Assembly (NCBI GenBank): GCA_965140415.1
Contig: OZ223209.1
Span: forward strand, 1,216,001 to 1,280,000
Length of the DNA: 64,000 bases
Direction of reading: 5' to 3'
Source of the DNA: Myxococcota bacterium
Lineage (GTDB): Bacteria > Myxococcota_A > SURF-8
In this document: one piece after another, positions 1 to 10,122 of the stretch
How positions within the stretch are numbered: the first letter of the stretch is position 1
Layout of the letters: the number at the start of each line of letters is the position of its first letter
Translations under genes and position numbers: made by a program
Notes under the pieces: generated by a model
The model's database searches: none
The model's input: the letters and a program-made list of their open reading frames with translations, nothing else
What the model was told of the DNA's origin: nothing

Positions 1-63
1 TAAATCCAAATCGATCGAATCGACATCTAGCATTTCAAATCTTGCACCCGCAGGTTTAGACAT
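1..63 (-). CDS. 5' end of an AT-rich gene running off the left edge (MSKPAGARFEMLDVDSIDLDL...), possibly ParB/Srx-like N-terminus
   Basis: ATG at 63 preceded by GGAG; frame open to position 1; only 21 codons visible, so the product is a guess. Confidence 0.45.
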   Translation of the reverse strand, partial: MSKPAGARFEMLDVDSIDLDL

Positions 64-466
64 ATGCGACTCCGTTCTTGTAATGGAACCAAAGGTGGCT
101 CATCCTTGAGGTATGAGAAAGATCATAGTAAAGATGTGAAGTCTTCACAACAATTTTCTCTTTTCATTTCATTTTTAGACGTTCCCTCGCCATGTGCGCG
201 AGGGAGTCGAACTCGGAGAAATTAGTCTCCTCTATCAGGATCGCGTAACCGTCCGTAAACAATCGGGATTCACATTTCGGACGAGGTCGGCGAAATTTCG
301 GACGAAGTCCGAAACCACGGAGAACAGAGAGAGAAAAACGGTGATTTCGGGTAGCGAGGGGAACGATGGGTGGAAGCCCCGTCCGAAATCGAGCGAGAGC
401 GTGCCGACTAGAGAATCCAGAAAAACCATAGAAATCAAGCAGATATAGGCTACTCCAGAAACACGA

Positions 467-499
467 AACCCGCTGCTCTGATCAAACAGAGAGCGGGTT
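467..499 (-). terminator. Hairpin downstream of tmRNA 3' end
   Basis: AACCCGCT(G)CTCTG...CAGAGAGCGGGTT inverted repeat ~15 nt after the CCA end. Confidence 0.55.
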
Positions 500-513
500 C
501 GATACTGAAAAAC

Positions 514-861
514 TGGTGGAGGCGGGGGGAATCGAACCCCCGTCCGAAATGCGTCTTGCGTGAGCGTCTACGTGCGTAGTTGATGGTTCAATCTCAATTC
601 ATCCCTCACCCATCAACAAGAGAGCAATGAATCCAGTTCGATTGATCTCGCCTCAGCAGGCTCGAACAGCGCCCGCATCGGCCAGCCATTAAATTGACGC
701 CTCTTCCCATGCAATGGCATCACAAGAGAGACGGACGGGCATTATGCCGCCATTTGGTAGTTGTTTTCGGCAATTGTATATGCCTGCCGGCTTTTACGAA
801 GATCCGGCGCTCCGGCACGCGACCCAGGCCTTCTACACCCCGTCGAAGCCATGTCGCCCCC
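514..861 (-). ncRNA. ssrA: tmRNA; resume-frame tag AENNYQMAA* (742..771)
   Basis: 5' GGGGGCG pairs with 3' CGCCUCC-ACCA with G3:U wobble; T-arm GGGGGUUCGAUUCCCCC; internal frame ends in ...YQMAA-UAA. Confidence 0.97.
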
Positions 862-1017
862 AGTTGGAAAAGAACGAGAACCATCCACGAGCGTAGCGTA
901 AAGTGAGGACGCCGTCAATAAGTTACGCAGCAATCGACAAGATAATCCCGACTAATGCCGGATTTCCTTGAAATCGGATAGTACAGCTTCTTGTTGCGGG
1001 TTTGGTTTAAGTGGATC

Positions 1018-2991
1018 TCAATCCGCAAATAGCGCTGTGCTTTCACCCGATTCTTCCGTTTGCGCCGGTAATACGATGGAAAAACGCGCGCCCCCCTGCT
1101 TACTCGACTGGCAGTGGATGTTCCCCTGTAAATCGTTGATGATGTTTAGTGCCATCGCCAATCCCAAACCGGTCCCCTGCGATTTGGTGGAAAAGAAGGG
1201 ATCGAAAATTTTCTCGCGCATGGTCTCGGGGACGCCGGGACCGGTATCCTGGATGTACACCTCGCAGCTTTGCTGGTTGCGCAGGGTGCCCAGTTCCAGA
1301 ATGCCGCCTTCTTCCATCGCCTCGATCGAATTCTTGATCAGGTTGTGGAACACCCGTACCAGCTGGTTTTCATCTGCCTGAATGATCACCGGTTGATCGT
1401 CCAGATCCAGGTGGCAGGAGATGTTGTGTTGCGACAGTTCCGCCGCGTAAAAATCGGAGAGATTGGTCAATACCCGGTTCAAATCCACGGAGCGTCTGCT
1501 CTGCACCGGCATACGGCCCAACTTCAAATAATCCTCCGTAATCGCGTTCAGGCGTTCTACTTCGCGAATGATCGCCTGCAAAATCGGCAGCGTTTCGGGA
1601 AGATTGGGATTACCCGAGGAGAACTCGTCTTGCAACATTTCGGTGTTCAGTGCAATGGAGCTTAGCGGATTGCGTACCTCGTGGGCAATCTTGGAGGAAA
1701 TCCGACCCACTGCGGCCATGCGTTCCGATTGCAGCAGGCTTTCCTTCATGCGCAGTTCGTCGGTAACGTCCTCGCCTAAAATCAATAAACCGTTGACGCG
1801 CTCATTGGCCAGAATCGGCACGGCGGTAAAGGTCAGGCGTCGAATCTCGCCATTTTCCTGTTTCACTTTTATCGCTTCGCGCACCAAGGTCGCTTTGGTT
1901 TGCAGCACTTTATCAAAGGGTAAAACATCACCCAGAACGCCATCTGCAATGGGAACGGAAGAGACCGGCTGCGACAGGAAGTGCTGCAATCCTTCTCCCC
2001 ATATTCGCTTGGCGCCATGGTTCACGGTTTTCAAGCGCTGATTCACGTCCGCCACCAATACCGGTTGCCATAAGGTCTCGATAATATTCTCGTAATGCCC
2101 TTTCAGCATCCCCAACTCGACATTGCTGGTTTCTAGCTCACGAGCCTGATCTTTCAAGGCCAGATCGCGTTGTAATAAGGACTGCCGCATGCCTTCGAAG
2201 GCCTGGGCCAATTCTCCCATTTCATCGCCGGAATGAATCGCGACCGTGTAGCGATATTCTCCCTGACCGATGCGCCGGGCGGCTTCGACCAGGCTGCGCA
2301 ATGGGCGAATGAGGAAGCCGGACAATACCGTTAATATGACGGCGGCGACGAAGGCGACGGCAAACAGGAAAATGCCGCTCCAGGTGGCGCGATCTCCCTG
2401 TTGTTCGGCGCGCGCCACGATCTGGGTGACTTCACTGTCCAGTTTCATCGATAACATCTTGATTTTACGATTCAACTGCAATTCCAGCGCCCGCAGTTCG
2501 GACAAGCCCAGCCGGCGTTCCTCTTCTGTTGCGTCCTGCGCTTCCAAAAGGGTAACGGCGCGGGCGTGATAGCGTTCCGTCTGCGTACCGACTTCTTCCA
2601 GACGTTGTTGAATATCCTGGTAAAATTTCCGTTGTTCCTTATCGGAAACCACCAGCAGCAGCTTGTCGCAATGCGCCACCCCTTGCGTGATGTGCTGTCG
2701 TACCAGGCGCGGAAAGCGGTTTTTTACGATGGCGATGAACAATCGCCGGGTGTTGGAGTCCTGCACGTCCAGAATGCGCTCGATATCCGTTTTCTGGCTC
2801 TTGGTGGCGGCGTCGATCTGGGCGATAATCCGCGACAAAGGCATGTAGCCCATGTTCAACTCGTAGAGCGAACGGGTGGAGCTGCGCATCTGGTAGATCT
2901 GATAGTAGGTGACGCCGGTGAAAATCACGATGACGGTCGCAAACAGCAGCACGATTTTAGTGACGATGGACAGCTTCATGATCAGGCGCAT
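1018..2991 (-). CDS. Membrane sensor histidine kinase (TM-HAMP-PAS-HisKA-HATPase, NtrB-like)
   Basis: H-box IAHEVRNPL, N-box NLIKNSIEA, G-boxes DTGPG and GTGLGL; two TM segments and HAMP. Confidence 0.92.
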   Translation of the reverse strand: MRLIMKLSIVTKIVLLFATVIVIFTGVTYYQIYQMRSSTRSLYELNMGYMPLSRIIAQIDAATKSQKTDIERILDVQDSNTRRLFIAIVKNRFPRLVRQHITQGVAHCDKLLLVVSDKEQRKFYQDIQQRLEEVGTQTERYHARAVTLLEAQDATEEERRLGLSELRALELQLNRKIKMLSMKLDSEVTQIVARAEQQGDRATWSGIFLFAVAFVAAVILTVLSGFLIRPLRSLVEAARRIGQGEYRYTVAIHSGDEMGELAQAFEGMRQSLLQRDLALKDQARELETSNVELGMLKGHYENIIETLWQPVLVADVNQRLKTVNHGAKRIWGEGLQHFLSQPVSSVPIADGVLGDVLPFDKVLQTKATLVREAIKVKQENGEIRRLTFTAVPILANERVNGLLILGEDVTDELRMKESLLQSERMAAVGRISSKIAHEVRNPLSSIALNTEMLQDEFSSGNPNLPETLPILQAIIREVERLNAITEDYLKLGRMPVQSRRSVDLNRVLTNLSDFYAAELSQHNISCHLDLDDQPVIIQADENQLVRVFHNLIKNSIEAMEEGGILELGTLRNQQSCEVYIQDTGPGVPETMREKIFDPFFSTKSQGTGLGLAMALNIINDLQGNIHCQSSKQGGARFSIVLPAQTEESGESTALFAD

Positions 2992-3284
2992 ACTCCCGAA
3001 AAAGGGTTCTGTTTTCCAGACACTAGCAAAACTCCATCACCTTAGCAAGACTTCTGAAACCCATACTGTATCCCGTCGAAAAACAGCCGCAGACTGCTCC
3101 AGAAAATAAATTGACTCCATACCTTAAGTATGCTAGTGTCCCAAACTGCTTTCCAACAGTGCGAAAGTACTACGGAAGTATCCGAAGTGATTAACTATTT
3201 TCATAGAACCAGCCGATAATTTGGAGTAGGTCCACTAGCTAGTTAGCCTGAGATCGAGAAGTCTTGGACCAGGAGAGGACAAGG

Positions 3285-4862
3285 ATGAAAGCAATGCGAT
3301 GTAATGGTATTTGGGCCAAGGTCGTTGCTTACGCGGTCATCGTGACGATGAACATCATGTACATGCCGCTAATCAACCAGGCACCCGTTTATGCTGCAAA
3401 GTCGAACCCGAAAGTGTTCGTCTTCGGCGTTTCCCCGGATGGTGATAAAACACCGCTGGAATTGCAGGGTATGACGGAAGCGAAATTCAAGGAACTGTTC
3501 GACGGGGAGCGGCGTATCACGATTGTGTCCGCCAGAGACGCGCGCAAAATGCTGCGTCCCGTCAAGCGTCAGCCTCCCACCCCTGGGATCGAAGGCACGC
3601 AAAAAGAGTTGAAGAGATTCGAGAAATACCTTTCCCGGGCGGAAGAAGCGCTTGAGGAAGAGGAAGTCGAGGATCTTTACAGCAGCGCGAAAAAGGCTGT
3701 CAAGTACCTGAAACGCGCCGCGAATCTGGTGGAAGATTACGACCAGGCGCGTGATGCCTATCTCTATCTGGCCGCCGGTGCGGAAGAGATGGAAGAAGAT
3801 GGCGCGCTGGTAGCCATGCAGACCGCGTTGAGCTTCGATCCCAAATACAGCCCCAAAGGCGATCTCAAATCGATGACGCGCGGATTGTACAAGGAAGCGG
3901 ATCGTGCCCGTGGTAAAGGCGAATTGGAAATCAGCGCCGATCCCGAAGACGCCACCATCTGGGTCAACGGTATCCGTCATAAGTCCCCGGCTTCGCTAAG
4001 GAACCTGACGGAAGGCGACTATTACATCCGTGTCGAAGCACGTGGCTTTAAAGCCAACACGACCTTGGTTGAGTTGAGCGGCGATTCGAAAGAACTGAAT
4101 ATCGTGCTGGCCGGTGAAGGCGGCGACGCCCAGGCGGATAGCGGTATCGATAAAAAAGCCGTGATGAAGGGTCTGTATAAGAAAGTCCGCGCTCAGGATT
4201 TCGACAAAGCCTTCTTCGATGACGCCCAGCGCTTTGGTGAATGGATCGAAGCGGATTACCTGGTAGTTCCGGCTTTCAAGTCCAAACGGAAAAGTTCCAG
4301 GCTGTATCCGCTCGTGTTCGATGTGTCCAGCGGCAAAATGGGCCAGGTGGAAGTCACGCGCATTCGTCACAGTAAATCGAATCCGGTCGGCGACATTGAA
4401 GCGTCTTTCGAAGACACCCGCGACGCCATCCTGGAGGATTTCCCGGGCGTGCTGATTGTGGCCGGTGGTCCGATCGGTGCCGATGCCGTGGAAGCGGCTG
4501 AGGAAGATGACTACGAAGAGGACGAACCGGTTGCCGCCGCTGTAATCGAGGACGAACCGGAAGAGGATGTCTACGATGAACCGGCTCCGCGTCGCAGCGA
4601 ACCTGTTGCGGCAGCGATTAACCTGGATATTGATGAGAGCGTGTATTTCTCCGACGACGATCTTTCCAAAGCACAGGAAGATTCCGAAGGCGAAGAATCG
4701 ATTGCCCCGGTGGAAACCACTCCGCTCTACAAGAAATGGTGGCTCTGGACAATCGTCGGTGTAGTCGTAGTCGGCGGTACTTTGGGTGGTCTTGGTGGAG
4801 CTGGACTTCTCAGCACCACGGATAACAGCCAACCCAACCGTTTCGTTGCACCGCAGCGCTAG
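3285..4862 (+). CDS. PEGA-domain surface protein with acidic linker and C-terminal TM anchor
   Basis: PEGA signature LEISADPEDATIWVNG...L.EGDYYIRVEARGF; C-terminal PLYKKWWLWTIVGVVVVG; RBS AGGAGAGG before ATG 3285. Confidence 0.8.
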   Translation: MKAMRCNGIWAKVVAYAVIVTMNIMYMPLINQAPVYAAKSNPKVFVFGVSPDGDKTPLELQGMTEAKFKELFDGERRITIVSARDARKMLRPVKRQPPTPGIEGTQKELKRFEKYLSRAEEALEEEEVEDLYSSAKKAVKYLKRAANLVEDYDQARDAYLYLAAGAEEMEEDGALVAMQTALSFDPKYSPKGDLKSMTRGLYKEADRARGKGELEISADPEDATIWVNGIRHKSPASLRNLTEGDYYIRVEARGFKANTTLVELSGDSKELNIVLAGEGGDAQADSGIDKKAVMKGLYKKVRAQDFDKAFFDDAQRFGEWIEADYLVVPAFKSKRKSSRLYPLVFDVSSGKMGQVEVTRIRHSKSNPVGDIEASFEDTRDAILEDFPGVLIVAGGPIGADAVEAAEEDDYEEDEPVAAAVIEDEPEEDVYDEPAPRRSEPVAAAINLDIDESVYFSDDDLSKAQEDSEGEESIAPVETTPLYKKWWLWTIVGVVVVGGTLGGLGGAGLLSTTDNSQPNRFVAPQR

Positions 4863-4927
4863 GGGGACGAACCATGATAGCGCGAAATGTACATGCTCGT
4901 CCGGAGCGAAGTAAGGAGAAAAATGAA

Positions 4928-7390
4928 ATGACGAAAAAGCGCACGATTTTGGGCTTTCTCGTGGTTATCCTGATTCTGGCCGCAGGTCTGATGGCTTGCG
5001 ATGACAAACCCGATCGGTCTCTGACCATTCAGGCCTATGCCCCGTTGAACCAGGAATCCGGTAAAACGACACCGGTTATGCAGGACGTCAAGCGCTTGCG
5101 TATCGGCGTGTTCGAGAAAGAAGAGAACGGCAGCTACACCAAGGTGACCACCTATCCCTTCCAGGGTCTGGTGCAGGACTACTACGAGTGTTCCGCTCGT
5201 ATCACCGTCGCCTCCACCGGCAATATCGCAGATAGTGTTACCTGTCAGCATTGCGTAGAGGGCGAATGCAAAACCGCCAGCGAATCTAGTGATTCCGATG
5301 GCGTGTTCAAGATTTTCAAAGCCACCTGCCAGGCTCCCACGGTTAGCGGTTCTTCGAACTGCGCCATGTTCAACGGCGAGAACGTCTGTGTTGAAATCAA
5401 CATCAGTGGGGAAACCGGTTCCTGCCAAGGCTATTACGAAATCGATCCTTCGTCCATCGACGAAGTCATCCTGGATGATTTGCCGACCTCGACCACCGTT
5501 CCTTATTACTACCTGGTCGAAGGTTATGGTAATGCCAGCGTGTATTCGCAGGTTAGCTGCGATATTGCAGGCACCAGCAGCGAGTGCGACACGGAATGGT
5601 ATTGCCGCACCAACCCCAACACCATGAACAACGTCTGCACGCGCACCACCTATCTGACTCCGGTCGCGCGCGGAATCAGCGCTCCTACCATTTATAATGG
5701 CGACGACGCTGCGGTGGCGGAAGTCTTCTTCTCGCTGGTCAGCAATTTCGGTTTCACCACGCTTCTCGACGGCAGCAATTCTACGCTGAACGGCGCGATT
5801 GCCACGACCGACAGCGGCACGGGTGGCGGCGGTCAAACCACCAGCAACGAACGTGCCTATCACGAATCGCTGGCGCTGCCCGACGGCAAGGTGTTGCTTG
5901 TCGGCGGTGAAGGTCCGGCTAGCGCCACCGGCGCGGCGACCTATCCGCTTAGCGGCCTGCTGTTCGACCCGGATACCAACGAATTCAATGAGATCGCCTT
6001 AAGCGGTCTGTCCCAGGGTCGTGCATATTTCGCCATGGTTCCCGTGGCGGAAGAAACCAGCTCGGTTATCGAGCCGACCGAAACCGACGGCGATACGTCC
6101 ATCACCACCGATGGTGATACCACGGTTGACGGTGATACGGCGGATGGCGACGCTGTGGTAGACGGTGACTCCACCGGCGGCAGCGTGTTCAGCAACATGC
6201 AGGAAGATGACACGACGACCAAGCGCTTCTTCATTATCGGTGGAAAAATCGCTACTGGCCCGACAGGCGAAGTGCTTTACGGAACCTATCAGTCCATCGG
6301 CGACGAAGCCGCCGTGGCGCTGCAAGCCATCAATGGCACCATTACCCCGGTGTTCCAACTCGCGACTGCCACCCTGCCGGATGGCAAGATTCTGATCACC
6401 GGTGGTTACAGCACCGAAGGTCCGGTCAAGAACGCCTACGTGTTGGATCCGTTCAACGCTGCCGGTCCCACCTTGCAACAGGTTGGTGCGATGCAAGTCG
6501 CCCGTTACCGCCATACCGCTACAACGCTGCCCAGCGGCCACGTCGTGATCGTCGGTGGTATGACTGCGGATGGTTCGACCATTTCCGATGTGGAAGTGTA
6601 CGATCCCGACACGATGAAGTTCAGCAGCTATGAAGCTTCCGAAGATGAGACGGCTTCCGATCCGCTGCTGACCAGCCGCGCCGGGCATATCGCCGTTCCG
6701 TTGGTTCGTTACAATGCCGATGGCACCGTCGATGCCGCCGGCAGCCGCGTTGCCATCTACGGTGGATATCGTGTGCTGGAAGGTACCAAAACCTACTTCA
6801 ATAACGAAAAAGCCAGCACCCGTGAAGTCGATGTGCCTTTGATCGACTTCCAGGGCAAAGTTTATCCGTACACGCCGACCTATAGCTCCGGATATTTTGC
6901 CGCTCAGAAACTGGATACCTTGAATCAGGGTCGTGCCAACACGCAGGTCAAAGTGACCTCCTATCATCTGTGTGTGGATTCGGAATGGGCCTGGTTGGGC
7001 GATTCCCCCAGCACCGTCATGGTATTTGGTGGTCGCGGTGGTTACGTCAACACCCAGGATACCGCCACGGGTTATTTCTACAGCGATTGGTTGGAAGTGC
7101 TGACCTTCGTGCAGGATGAATCCGCTGGCGGATTCAAGTTCGGAAAATTCCTGTTCGGTGCGGATGACAACGACAACACCCAGACGCCGTTCAAGCTCAG
7201 CAGCATGAACATCGGTCGTGGCGGCATGAGCGTCACTCCGCTGCAAAACGGGATGTATCTCGTTGCCGGTGGTAAGACCAGCCGCAACGGAGCCAGCGAG
7301 CAGATCACCAGCACCGGTGAAATCTTCAATCCGCCGGTTTACAACAGCTGGACCAACGACGTGCTTTCCGTGATCGAAAGTTACTATTGA
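4928..7390 (+). CDS. Kelch-repeat (beta-propeller) lipoprotein with Cys-rich N-region and DGD acidic linker
   Basis: Lipobox-like LMAC; repeated motifs HESLALPDGKVLLVGG, ATLPDGKILITGG, RYRHTATTLPSGHVVIVGG. Confidence 0.8.
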   Translation: MTKKRTILGFLVVILILAAGLMACDDKPDRSLTIQAYAPLNQESGKTTPVMQDVKRLRIGVFEKEENGSYTKVTTYPFQGLVQDYYECSARITVASTGNIADSVTCQHCVEGECKTASESSDSDGVFKIFKATCQAPTVSGSSNCAMFNGENVCVEINISGETGSCQGYYEIDPSSIDEVILDDLPTSTTVPYYYLVEGYGNASVYSQVSCDIAGTSSECDTEWYCRTNPNTMNNVCTRTTYLTPVARGISAPTIYNGDDAAVAEVFFSLVSNFGFTTLLDGSNSTLNGAIATTDSGTGGGGQTTSNERAYHESLALPDGKVLLVGGEGPASATGAATYPLSGLLFDPDTNEFNEIALSGLSQGRAYFAMVPVAEETSSVIEPTETDGDTSITTDGDTTVDGDTADGDAVVDGDSTGGSVFSNMQEDDTTTKRFFIIGGKIATGPTGEVLYGTYQSIGDEAAVALQAINGTITPVFQLATATLPDGKILITGGYSTEGPVKNAYVLDPFNAAGPTLQQVGAMQVARYRHTATTLPSGHVVIVGGMTADGSTISDVEVYDPDTMKFSSYEASEDETASDPLLTSRAGHIAVPLVRYNADGTVDAAGSRVAIYGGYRVLEGTKTYFNNEKASTREVDVPLIDFQGKVYPYTPTYSSGYFAAQKLDTLNQGRANTQVKVTSYHLCVDSEWAWLGDSPSTVMVFGGRGGYVNTQDTATGYFYSDWLEVLTFVQDESAGGFKFGKFLFGADDNDNTQTPFKLSSMNIGRGGMSVTPLQNGMYLVAGGKTSRNGASEQITSTGEIFNPPVYNSWTNDVLSVIESYY

Positions 7391-7427
7391 TTCGATAAAG
7401 CCCGCCTTTAGCGGCTTTGGATTCCGT

Positions 7428-7454
7428 AAGGGGCGCATTTGCGCCCCTTTTTTT
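7428..7454 (+). terminator. Rho-independent terminator
   Basis: AAGGGGCGC-ATTT-GCGCCCCTT followed by T run. Confidence 0.8.
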
Positions 7455-7510
7455 GTAGGTAGGTGATAGTCAATCGGGTAGCGACTGTTATCAAAATCAA
7501 GCGAATTTTG

Positions 7511-7787
7511 GTTTCCAGTGGTTGTAATTCGAATGAAGGGAAATGTAAACAAGTAGGATGGGCAATTGTTTTGCCCATCACCCGAGATTGAGTCTAATCA
7601 AAGAAGACAAACATTTGGAGCAGGGCAGGAGCCCATGCTCCAACGGAAGGTTTCCAGTGGTTGTAATTCGAATGAAGTGAAATGTAAACAAGTAGGATGG
7701 GCAATTGTTTTGCCCATCACCCGAGATCGAGTCTAATTAAATAAGACAAACATTTGGAGCAGGGCAGGAGCCTATGCTCCAACGGAA
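7511..7787. repeat. Tandem ~139-bp direct repeat, each unit carrying two REP-like palindromes (BIME-like)
   Basis: Units 7511-7649 and 7650-7787 near identical; contain GTAGGATGGGCAATTGTTTTGCCCATC and TTGGAGCAGGGCAGGAGCCC/TATGCTCCAAC. Confidence 0.9.
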
Positions 7788-7847
7788 ATCCTGATCCATC
7801 GCTGGGAATGAATAAGAGAAACGATGTATTCGATTGTGGGAGGAAGC

Positions 7848-8720
7848 ATGTTCGATACGCTGACGCAGACCGGTTTAAAGGCCATGGCGCAACGCATCCG
7901 AAAGGATGTCTTGATACAGACCTTTGTGGCCAACTCCGGTCATCCGGGGGGGCCGTTGTCTGCCGCAGATTATTTGACGACCCTTTTTTTCCGCTATTTA
8001 CGCAGCGATCCACAGCGCCCGGACTGGCCGGATCGCGATCGATTCGTGTTAAGCAACGGGCATTGTTCGGCGTTGATCTACGCCCTGCTGGCTCGCCGCG
8101 AATTTTTTCCCTTGGAAACGCTTTTAAGTTTCCGACAATCCGGCTCGATCTTGCAGGGACATCCCAATCGCTTGAAAGTACCCGGCCTGGATGCCTCCAC
8201 CGGTTCGCTGGGGCAGGGGCTGGGCCTGGCTCACGGCATGGCGCTGGGGGCCAAGCAGACCGGCAAAAACATACGGGTTTTCGTCAACCTCGGCGACGGC
8301 GAACTTCAGGAGGGAGCAATCTGGGAAGCGCTGATGGCCGCCGGGCATTACAAAACGGAAAACCTGATCGCCATGGTGGATTACAATCAGGTGCAAATCG
8401 ATGGTTGTGTGGAAGATGTGATGGGTGTAGCGCCGTTGGCTGATAAAATGCGCGCTTTTCGCTGGCGCGTAATCGAAGCGGACGGCCACGACTACGACGC
8501 CATCGACGACGCCTTTTTCCAGGCGTTGTCACCCGCCGACCGCCCCAGCATCATTCTTTTCAAAACCTGCATGATGCACGGCGTGGCCAGTTTCGAAGAC
8601 GATGCCGCCTGGCATGGTCGTCCACCAAAAGAGGAAGAACTGGCGCAGATGCTGGCTGAGCTGGGTTTCGAGCTGACCGTGGAAGAGGCCGTAAGGCAAT
8701 ATCGGCAGGGGAGGGCATGA
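7848..8720 (+). CDS. Transketolase, N-terminal (TPP-binding) subunit
   Basis: SGHPGG, DRDRFVLSNGH, LQGHP, STGSLGQG, GDGELQEG motifs. Confidence 0.93.
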   Translation: MFDTLTQTGLKAMAQRIRKDVLIQTFVANSGHPGGPLSAADYLTTLFFRYLRSDPQRPDWPDRDRFVLSNGHCSALIYALLARREFFPLETLLSFRQSGSILQGHPNRLKVPGLDASTGSLGQGLGLAHGMALGAKQTGKNIRVFVNLGDGELQEGAIWEALMAAGHYKTENLIAMVDYNQVQIDGCVEDVMGVAPLADKMRAFRWRVIEADGHDYDAIDDAFFQALSPADRPSIILFKTCMMHGVASFEDDAAWHGRPPKEEELAQMLAELGFELTVEEAVRQYRQGRA

Positions 8721-9685
8721 TGAAGATTTCGACGCCGGAACCTCAACCTTGGAAGATGCAGTTGACTCGCCAGGCCTTTGCTGATGCGTTGCTTACATTG
8801 GGCGAAGAAGATGAACGCGTGGTGGTGTTGGATGCGGATTTGTCGCAGTCCACCTTGACGAGCCAGTTTGCAAAACGTTTTCCCGAGCGCTTTTACAATA
8901 TGGGGATTGCAGAGCAGGACATGGTCGCGACCGCCAGCGGCATGGCGCTGATGGGCCTGCGTCCGTTTGTCACGTCGTATGCCATGTTCGTTGCCGGGCG
9001 GGCATGGGAGATCGTTCGTCAGCAGGTTTCATACGGTCAGGCGGGCGTGGTGGTTTGCGGTTTGCATGGTGGAATCTCAGTCGGAAAAGACGGCCCGACT
9101 CATCAAAGCATGGAAGATCTTGCCTTGATGCGCGTACTGGCCGGGATGAGCGTCGTCGTTCCTTGCGACTACTGGGAAACGTACAAAACCGTGTTGCACG
9201 CCGGTCGCAGTAACGAGCCTTTCTATTTTCGAATTGGACGAGAAACGGTGCCGAGTATCACGACGGAGAAATCGCCGTTTGAAGTTGGAAAGGCGGCGTG
9301 TCTGGCCGATGGCAAGGATGGCTGCATCGTGGCTTGCGGTTTGATGGTGAGCCAGGCGCTTGCCGCTCTGGACATATTGGCGAAGCGTAATGTTTATCCG
9401 CGCTTATTGAACCTGCATACCATCAAGCCAATCGATCGCGAGACCATTCTTCTTGCTGCCAGGGAAACGGGTGCCATTTTAACGGTGGAGGAACATTCTG
9501 TTAACGGTGGCATGGGCTCGGCAGTGGCGGAAGTCGTGGTGCAATCGAAATCGCCTGTGCCCATGCGTATAATGGGCGTTAAAGATCGTTACCTGGAATC
9601 GGGAACGCCGGAAGAGTTGATCGAACTGGCCGGACTGACGCCGGATGACATCGCTATTAATCTGCTGCAACTGAAGGAAAAATAA
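8717..9685 (+). CDS. Transketolase, C-terminal subunit
   Basis: DADLSQST, MGIAEQDM, DGPTHQ, VEEHSVNGGMG; ATGA overlap with the N subunit. Confidence 0.93.
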   Translation: MMKISTPEPQPWKMQLTRQAFADALLTLGEEDERVVVLDADLSQSTLTSQFAKRFPERFYNMGIAEQDMVATASGMALMGLRPFVTSYAMFVAGRAWEIVRQQVSYGQAGVVVCGLHGGISVGKDGPTHQSMEDLALMRVLAGMSVVVPCDYWETYKTVLHAGRSNEPFYFRIGRETVPSITTEKSPFEVGKAACLADGKDGCIVACGLMVSQALAALDILAKRNVYPRLLNLHTIKPIDRETILLAARETGAILTVEEHSVNGGMGSAVAEVVVQSKSPVPMRIMGVKDRYLESGTPEELIELAGLTPDDIAINLLQLKEK

Positions 9686-9700
9686 TACAAGCAGATGAAG

Positions 9701-9816
9701 GTCGGATAAAATTCTTGTCCGACATGAATCTAATCAAAGAAGGCAAACATTTGGAGCAGGGCAGGAGCCCATGCTCCAACGGAAGGATTGTCGATCAGAA
9801 AATCTGACCGACCTAT
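9701..9816. repeat. Cluster of REP-like palindromes
   Basis: GTCGGATAAAATTCTTGTCCGAC; 58-bp copy of 7593-7650; GTCGATCAGAAAATCTGACCGACCTA. Confidence 0.8.
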
Positions 9817-10122
9817 GGCTTATAGATCGCAAACTGTGACACGACGCGGCGGCAGACCTACTAAATCCGCACTAAAACGACAGTAAACGCACACTAAAAC
9901 TACACTAGATGACCGTAGATGAGCACCAGATTTTAGGATTAGCGGCCCATAGTGAGCCATAAAACGCCCAAAGAGTGCCAGGATGCCGAGTTGCCGATAT
10001 GCCGCACGGTTTGGGCGCTTTTTACCGGTCGTTTACGGTCATGTAGTGTCATTTGCGGTTCAGATGGGATTTCGTCCAAAATGAAAGGCAACGCGATTGC
10101 CGATTTTGCGAATCTTTATCGC

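Noticed and set aside
194-906. Short ORFs 194..448, 235..438, 694..906, 714..896, 742..933
   Set aside because: No recognisable products; those at 694-933 overlap tmRNA, and only the tag frame 742..771 is meaningful
7511-7787. Possible CRISPR array
   Set aside because: Two whole-unit 139-bp copies with no unique spacers and no cas genes; fits a REP/BIME duplication
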